Positions 57,254-64,000 of a DNA stretch of 64,000 bases are shown here, piece after piece. How positions within the stretch are numbered: the first letter of the stretch is position 1; every line of letters starts with the position of its first letter. The notes beneath the pieces are model-generated. The model was not told the DNA's origin. It made no database searches and was given only the letters and a program-made list of their open reading frames with translations. Source of the stretch: Corallochytrium limacisporum Hawaii (lineage: Eukaryota; Protista; Pluriformea); the NCBI GenBank assembly GCA_002811645.1, contig PDIP01000073.1, positions 167,524 through 231,523 of the forward strand. Direction: 5' to 3'. Made by a program: the position numbers and the translations under genes.

Positions 57254-57404
57254 AAATGGGACATGTAAAGCGCCAACTACCATTGTACATTACAGATTTA
57301 CCTGTTCTAGAAATTGATCTTCAGTGGCGGGTCTCTGCCGCTGAGGCTATTGATGTACGTATCCATCCGCGAGCTCTCACTCCTTGAGCATGCGACTGAC
57401 CATG

Positions 57405-58137
57405 TTAAGGGATCCGGGCTGCTGGGTGCAGGGTCTGCTCCTTCTTGAGCTGCTCCTTCTTGAGCTGGACCTTAAGCTGCACCCCCATGATCTCCAAATG
57501 GATACGCATCTCCATGGTCTCCTTGGGCTTCCGGTTGAGGACGCTAAAACAGTCATTGAGAGAGGTCTTCTCGAATTGTAGACGCGCATTCCCATACTTG
57601 AGCTTGTCGAGCTGAGCATTCGATTCGATGCCAGCGCGCTCAGCCACCATGCGGGCAATATCTGCCTCTTCAAATTTCTCCTTCGCCTCAATGTATAGAG
57701 CACGCTACGATCTGGAGTGATCTGTGACATACGGAGTATTTTAAAAATTAACGAAGGGCCCAGTTTCTTCCCGTTGTCAAGGGCGTTGATGGGGGTGGTA
57801 GAGAAGGCTGGGATGCTATGCAAGAACGACCTGGACTGGGAAGCTTGCGGTGAATGGATTTCTACTTCCAATAAATTCAGTGGCGATATGTACGCGCAGG
57901 GAATGCGATAGCCGGCTTCTTACCACATGAAACCCCTTTAGTACACGGCGACATCATCCTCCATGGTCTGCGTCAGCCTATCTTCTTGTCTGCCCCAGAT
58001 CAAAATGTACGTAGCAATCTCAGATTGATGCGTAGGAACCCAAGGAATTGTCACCGAAATGTTGTGGCCACCAGAGTCCGTCTGCCAAGGGCATGTGTCT
58101 GGCCGGGACGAGAGGACAGAAGAAGAATCAGAGAGTG
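57405..58137 (-). pseudogene. Possible decayed or frameshifted coding sequence of unknown family
   Basis: One minus frame is open from ~58137 apart from two TAA stops (MEDDVAVY*RGFMW*EAGYRIP...). Near 57690 the protein-like reading continues in another frame (IEAKEKFEEADIARMVAERAGIESNAQLDKLKYG...). Confidence 0.3.
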
Positions 58138-59629
58138 TTCAGTTCGTTTGACATTTAGCATGTTCAGAGTCTCGCGATCAATTTACACAAAATCTTTGCC
58201 TGGTACTCCTTAGCCCTTCATTGAGGCTGCCTGCCTCTTTGGGTGGTGGTGGTGGTAGCTACCCACCCCGGAATTTTCGATATTTGGCCTGCTGGGGCCC
58301 CTCTTATACTGAATGTACTGGTCAATCCCGCACTTCTCATTTTCAACCAATCAGAGGCATGGATCGCGCGGCAGTGACCAGCAGGAAGGAAAGGGGGACA
58401 GGGAGAGGAGGGGGGGGGCGGCGGTAAGCAAAAAAATTACACACAGAAAGAAAGGAAGGGCCGACGCTGGGAACGGTACTTTCGGTATTGAAAACGCTTC
58501 CGTTGCTAGTCAAAAGTCCGAGCAGGAGAAATAGCTAGGCCAGGAACTAGGGAAAGCGCCCAGCAAACGGTCCTCCCGCCCCGGGTCGCTCTGCTGTGTC
58601 CTGCGGGCCATCTGCACCAAGGAGATAGGTGTTCATGATGGATATTTCAGCAATCTATATATTAAATGTATGGGACTCAAGAACAACACGTAAATACTTT
58701 TTGTCCGTGCGCAACTAAGAGACACGGCCCTGTCAGCGTTAGAGGGGGAAAGGTTCTCCAAAGCCCCGTGGGTTTCCCCAGTGAACTCAAAGGCCTAATG
58801 GTCTACCGGGGAGCTCTCTGCGAGACGATGCAGTGATACCATATTGAATATATTGAGGTCGTCGGCTAATCTTCCCGCTTCTTGGAACAAGAAACGCAAT
58901 GCTCGGTGGGGTTTTGGCCCGCCCCCAACCCCTAACCCCTTTTCCGGTCGATCGGAGCAACGCAGCAACAGCGAAGGAACGGGAGAGAAGGAACTTTTGT
59001 GGGGTCGGGAAGGGCGCTTTCCCCTAGTTGCCAGTACTGAGGCCACCCCGCGAAATTGGAAGCGAGCCGGGGAGGGGGGGGGAGGGCCGTTCGCTGCGAG
59101 TCTCTTAGACCGGTTGCTGTCCGTGGCACGGTCCCTGTGGATTCGCCGTCGCCAACACTGCCACCGCTTCTGTTGGTCTCAAGGACTCCCTTTTATGGCT
59201 GTGCATGTGTATGTGTGTATGTATGTTTGTGTCAATGAGGAACAAATGACGAAGCAAGAATCGTTGTCCAGGGCTGTTTGTTTCAAGTTTACTCTTAGTT
59301 GTGTATCAATTCCAAGAAAACCATCGCGAACATGGAAAGCTATGTCAAAGAATCTAGCAACCATATTTTAGAGGATCATGAACAAAAATATTATTGACGA
59401 CGACTTGTAACATTATAATTGTATCCTGGTTACATGTGAAAGGGAAACAAAATTGAAGTCATAGAAAACTGTTATAAACCAAGCGATAAAGATAAAGAAA
59501 TCAAACAGCGAACGGTACAGCAATTCAGATCAAGAACAAAGAGGGCGAGAAAACAGGGCGAGAAAATAACATGCACTAAGAGTTTTAGCGGAATCCGAAC
59601 AGACCACAGAAGTTACACGTTACGTTCCA

Positions 59630-62104
59630 ATGAGGGAGGGCACAGTTGCACTCAAGGAGGTGCAATCTCCGCGAGATTCGAAGCCAGCAGGGATGGCTGA
59701 AACCATTGCTGAAGAACCGCACATTGTACACGACGAGTCTCGTGGTGACTGTGATGCCGATAGCCTCACTACAGATTCCATCAGCGAGGACCTCCTGGAC
59801 CAGGCCGAATATGGAGATCGGGACGTCGACGACGGAGATTCAGCGGCAGCACGGATCCGCGAGGGTCTGACCGTGCTGGATAACTTGCTACCCAGGATGG
59901 GAAGTTTGGAAATTGATAATGACGAAGAACCAGCGGCCAGTTCCACTGACTTTGTTCCGGCACTCCAGCCGACAGAGGACATTTCTCTCTCCCGCAAAAC
60001 GCTTTGCAACGAAGACAAAGCACCAAGTAATACCACAGTCAGTGCGGATGGCGACCAGCCTGACGCAGCCGCGACTCAGGAGCCAGAGGAAGTACTTACA
60101 GGAGAAGCGTTGAACGTTGTGAATTTCATGGCTGCCGAAGACGACCTCATTCAGTTCGTGGATGATATTAATGTGCAAGCCATGCCTAAGCGGGACAATA
60201 GTCGCATTAAACGTCAGTCGGCCCCCAAACCGGCTGCAGTCGTGGTTTCCAGCGACGAGAAGAAGCGCCACACCATGCCTACAAATACTTTGCCGGCCAT
60301 CAAGAGCGAGGGAAATATACTCAGTTCCACCGCCCCTGATCAAGCGGGAAAAAGTGGTAGTCAAGACCAATTGGTTGATCTACGGGAAGTGCTTGAGTCC
60401 GACAGTGTCAGCGAGCTGCAGGCAGATAGCAGCGAACTGAGCATCACCAATTCGACCGGACCCAGGAAGCCGAAGGGATCATTCAATGACATTTCGTCGC
60501 GCCTATCCGGCTTCTTGAAGGTGCGTGGTAGCAGCAGTAGCCGAAGGCAGGACAGTGATGGGTCAATAGTGGCAAACGGCAGACGCTCTCCATCACGGAA
60601 GAAGTCCGGAGACCACGATACGAGTATGATGAGCCTGGCGTCCACGGTCAGCACGGCCACAAACAAGCAGCGTAGATTGCGTCGGTCCAGTTCGGCGGAC
60701 CGGATTAGCAAGGAAGGTGGAGCACGAGGATCAAACATAAGTCTGGACGCACTAGACATGCAGCAAAGCGAGCATCAGAAAATGATGGCGCTACCAGTCT
60801 GCCAACGGCCGTTGAATTTTGTGCAGTTGCCGAAGACCGAAACAGATGACAACTGCGCGTCCCGCAACACACCGTCCATCAAGTTGCTCGGTGAAACTAA
60901 AGAACAGAAACAGGACGAAAAGATTGGTGGTGACATTGACACCCTCATCTGCAAGGCCATCAGTGCCACGCAATTCAACACGGAATATTTCGATGCATTC
61001 CTCATGACCTTCCGGCACTTTATGACCCCAGAAGCGCTCATTACCAAGATGCTTGAGCGCGTACAGAACCCTTGTCCACATGTTGAGACCGTGGAAGACA
61101 CAATACGCGAGGTTACAAAGCTTCGCCTTGTCACCCTGCTCGCAAAATGGGTAGAGCGGTCATGGTTCGACTTTCATCGTAATCAGACTATGCTGACCCT
61201 AATGCGCGCCTTCCTGCTGGAAATTTCCCGGAGAGACATGGGTGTGTTTGTCACGCGCATTATCAAGGCTGCCAAGGCCAAGGAAGAGGCGCTGGATGCC
61301 GATATTAAGCGCATGGGAGAGCCCGGGATTCAGATGAGGACAACTATCCCACAGTTGCATGCACCATCCCAGGTCATCATCAAGGCTACCGCCGACCAGA
61401 TTGCAGAGCAACTGACACTGATCGAAAGCCATTTCTTCAACAAGATCCGTAGCGAGGAGTTTATCGTCTTCCTGTTCATGGCCAAGAAGGGAGACAACAC
61501 TGTTCTGGCTGCCCATGCCGACCTCCGTGTTTACATTGATTGGTTCAACAAGCTGAGTTATTGGGTGGCATCGGAGATCTTGATGGCCAAAGAAAAGGAC
61601 GTGCGTGTACAGATCATAGAAAAGTTCGTTCGGGCTGCAAAGAGATGCTATCAGCTCCGCAATTTCAACACGATGTATGCAGTACTGTCCGGTCTTAACC
61701 ACTGGTCAGTAGCGCGCCTGAAATCCTCATGGAAAGCCGTCGGCAAACGGTATACTGCCCGTCTCCGTGATCTGGAAGGCAAGATGGATCCTCAAGGCAA
61801 TTTTGCCAATTACCGTGCCATTGTCTCAGATATTCCCATGCCTGTAGTGCCCTTCATTGGTCTTCTGGTGAAGGACATTACCTTCATCAACGAGGTCCCA
61901 AGGGAACTGGCACCTGGTATCTACAATTGGTACAAGATGGAATTGCTCTACAAGCAAATTATGCGTATCGGAGTCTACCAGAATTCTTGCAGTTACGACT
62001 TTACGCAAGATGATGTAGTGTACGGATATCTCCTAACAACGCGAGCCTACACCGACAAGGTTTTGGGTAATCTGTCCGAGGTTTGCGAACCCCGGGGCAA
62101 ATGA
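59630..62104 (+). CDS. Ras guanine nucleotide exchange factor (REM + CDC25 domains, disordered N-terminus)
   Basis: REM: GGDIDTLI, YFDAFLMTFRHFMTP, LRLVTLLAKWV....DF. CDC25: IAEQLTLIE..FF.KI, WFNKLSYWVASEI, NFNTMYAVLSGL, RLKSSW, NFANYR, PVVPFIGLLVKDITFINE. Confidence 0.95.
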   Translation: MREGTVALKEVQSPRDSKPAGMAETIAEEPHIVHDESRGDCDADSLTTDSISEDLLDQAEYGDRDVDDGDSAAARIREGLTVLDNLLPRMGSLEIDNDEEPAASSTDFVPALQPTEDISLSRKTLCNEDKAPSNTTVSADGDQPDAAATQEPEEVLTGEALNVVNFMAAEDDLIQFVDDINVQAMPKRDNSRIKRQSAPKPAAVVVSSDEKKRHTMPTNTLPAIKSEGNILSSTAPDQAGKSGSQDQLVDLREVLESDSVSELQADSSELSITNSTGPRKPKGSFNDISSRLSGFLKVRGSSSSRRQDSDGSIVANGRRSPSRKKSGDHDTSMMSLASTVSTATNKQRRLRRSSSADRISKEGGARGSNISLDALDMQQSEHQKMMALPVCQRPLNFVQLPKTETDDNCASRNTPSIKLLGETKEQKQDEKIGGDIDTLICKAISATQFNTEYFDAFLMTFRHFMTPEALITKMLERVQNPCPHVETVEDTIREVTKLRLVTLLAKWVERSWFDFHRNQTMLTLMRAFLLEISRRDMGVFVTRIIKAAKAKEEALDADIKRMGEPGIQMRTTIPQLHAPSQVIIKATADQIAEQLTLIESHFFNKIRSEEFIVFLFMAKKGDNTVLAAHADLRVYIDWFNKLSYWVASEILMAKEKDVRVQIIEKFVRAAKRCYQLRNFNTMYAVLSGLNHWSVARLKSSWKAVGKRYTARLRDLEGKMDPQGNFANYRAIVSDIPMPVVPFIGLLVKDITFINEVPRELAPGIYNWYKMELLYKQIMRIGVYQNSCSYDFTQDDVVYGYLLTTRAYTDKVLGNLSEVCEPRGK

Positions 62105-62223
62105 AATGTCATTTCACCATTGACTCACTAAACCCATGACCTCAATGTTAAAGTAGAAAATGATTAAAAACTGTGTTCGATAATTCAAACTAAATTTCAT
62201 GTGTCATTGTTTTATTGTGCTAT

Positions 62224-62832
62224 TCAGACCTTGGAAGTCAACGGGTTGTCCTCGAGTGACTGTGCTCTATCAGACTCGGCCGGCAAATCTGGTCCATTCG
62301 AGGCACTTTGTTCCTCATGCCGGTATTCATGCAGGATTTTCAGTACCCGTTCAACATCTGCAAATACTGTGGGTGTTCTAGGAGTGTAGCGCACTTCCTG
62401 GAAAGCTCTGAATGGTCCTGCAATGGCGTGCATATGTAAGTGGTCGATGGAATTGAAGGGAGGGATGTGGAAGCCCAGGCGGTGGTCATCAGCGGGTGCT
62501 CCGCGATCAGTTAGACACTGCTTACCCAACAGGACCATGTCCTGCAGCAACCTGATGTGACCACTGTCCAATTCCAAAACGCTATTAATGTGTTCTTTTG
62601 TGATTACCAGGTAGTGGAATTTTGACCGCGGATACTTGTCCTCAAGTAGATAAAGATCGTCTGTTTCGGAAATAATCTGTTCCGGTTTCAGTCCAGTGCA
62701 AAAGACACAGTGCTTCGGTTGTCTCCATGTCATCTCCTTTATGTTTCCTACGACATGGTGAATCCTGCCCGTCAGTCTGCTGCGCATGGTCTTCCGTCCC
62801 GTTGAGTCCGACCCTCGGCTGTGGTGAGTCAT
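62224..62832 (-). CDS. HINT3: Histidine triad nucleotide-binding protein, HINT3-like (start uncertain)
   Basis: CVFC, DKYP.SKFHYLVITKEHI and LGFHIPPFNSIDHLHMH (HxHxH triad). Confidence 0.9.
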   Translation of the reverse strand: MTHHSRGSDSTGRKTMRSRLTGRIHHVVGNIKEMTWRQPKHCVFCTGLKPEQIISETDDLYLLEDKYPRSKFHYLVITKEHINSVLELDSGHIRLLQDMVLLGKQCLTDRGAPADDHRLGFHIPPFNSIDHLHMHAIAGPFRAFQEVRYTPRTPTVFADVERVLKILHEYRHEEQSASNGPDLPAESDRAQSLEDNPLTSKV

Positions 62833-63308
62833 ACTCACGGGTATCTGTGTTCCCCGTCGCTCTCTTGAATGTGTAATTGTTACCGTATCATGTCCTTTCG
62901 AATAATAAACATTTTCTCCTGTGATCTTTGCATAGATTTCACCTATCGCGTTGGTAAATGCGCTGTGCTAAATAAAGACGCACGCACACGGGCGCGTTCA
63001 CACCCGCCCTTCAAGGACCCTCCGCCTGCTGAAAATGGCAGAGATGGGAGATGTGTGAGACCTCCTCAGTGTAGGGCTCCAACACCACCCCCAACCCCCA
63101 ACCCCACAGACAGAAAAATGGTGGGCAAAAAGCTTGAGCACCCCCGGGGTCGTCGAGTCTTAGTCCTCAATCCTCTCCCCCGTTGGGAGGGAGGGTTCGC
63201 GAGCACCCAGGGGCCCCCTCAGACGGGGAAAGCCGGTGGAGCCGATAAAATGGACTCCCGTCCGCATTATCACACTGTTTGGCGGTTCGCCACGTTCCGG
63301 TCCCCCCC

Positions 63309-63311
<3 letters not shown>

Positions 63312-63371
<60 letters not shown>
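63312..63371 (+). repeat. (CT)n microsatellite preceded by poly-C
   Basis: About 30 CT units in the HINT3/GOSR1 divergent region. Confidence 0.97.
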
Positions 63372-63374
<3 letters not shown>

Positions 63375-63866
63375 GTCTGTCTTTTTCGGCTTCGGCGGAG
63401 GCAACGCTATTTAACCCCCAAAAGAAAAAGTCACCCTTTTGGCGCGATCGGCTCATGCACTACGGGGCACCTCCGAGCGCGGGCCGGCGGCCCCCCCCCC
63501 GGGGGGGGCCCTTCCACTGCAGAATTGTGTTTTGTTTCACAAGTTTCGTTTGTTGTGTGTATTTTTGTTGTTTTGAGGAAGGATACTTTCTTTCAAGTAT
63601 GGTTGCTAAAAAACTACTGTTATGACTTTAAGGATCTCTGTTCAGGTACTTCGCTGTTATTATTTTGGTGAACCCAAAGTATAGTCATATTTTTGTATCA
63701 CGTATAGCGAATTTGAGAAAATATAAGTGGTCACAGAGACAGAGAGTGTGTGTACAATTGAAATCAACAGTCAGTGTTTAAGCACAATATTTCAGAAACA
63801 ATGTGAATTGAAAGAAATAATATTGATGATTTCTATAGAGTCGATCTCAAGTAACTAGAAACAAGA

Positions 63867-64000
63867 ATGCAAAGTTCACGCCGCCCACAGGAGGCGGGCA
63901 ATCGCGAATGGGACGAACTGCGAAAGCAGGCGCGACACATGGAAAGCGAACTCGATGTCAAGCTCATTCAAGTAAAGAAACTGTCATCAGCGTCAAGAGC
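63867..64000 (+). CDS. GOSR1: Golgi SNARE Gos1/GOSR1 N-terminus (partial, runs off the window; not in the ORF track)
   Basis: Translates as MQSSRRPQEAGNREWDELRKQARHMESELDVKLIQVKKL, matching GOSR1 'WEDLRKQARQLENELDLKLVSFSKL'. Confidence 0.85.
   Translation, partial: MQSSRRPQEAGNREWDELRKQARHMESELDVKLIQVKKLSSASR

Overview
Eukaryotic nuclear DNA from a gene-dense, very intron-poor genome. Ubiquitin, Rab2, the ATP10-type flippase and the long Rieske presequence point to an opisthokont, probably a unicellular holozoan. Corallochytrium-like is my inference and is not verified. The window holds about 26 protein-coding genes, mostly housekeeping and almost all single-exon: divergent GOLPH3/Vps74-like (partial), P4-ATPase, VNX1-type CAX, ICMT, TRAPPC6, PAP2 phosphatase, RhoGDI, alpha/beta hydrolase, NAT10, PAF1, RAB2, Ub-RPS27A, OsmC-like, GID4, Rieske ISP, ARMC8, AMPK-alpha, RPS18, SET methyltransferase, RasGEF, HINT3 and partial GOSR1. 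It also has one tRNA-Arg(CCG), four resolvable introns (all GTAAGTA donors with yeast-like branch points), microsatellites and four assembly gaps. Genes mostly form tight tail-to-tail pairs separated by longer low-complexity upstream regions. The most striking item is a 596-aa ORF that fuses a eukaryotic PX domain to what looks like a degenerate homologue of the archaeal tetraether lipid synthase Tes/GDGT-MAS (MJ0619 family radical SAM). It starts only 25 bp after the ICMT stop on the same strand, which suggests a bicistronic or fused prenyl-lipid unit. Other leads are a recurrent intergenic 12-mer (TACATTCAGTAC), an H/ACA-like two-hairpin RNA candidate between RPS18 and the SET gene, the GID4-ARMC8 linkage, and a WASP-like WH2+C tail with no acidic motif. 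All homology calls come from motif recognition by eye. No database searches were run.
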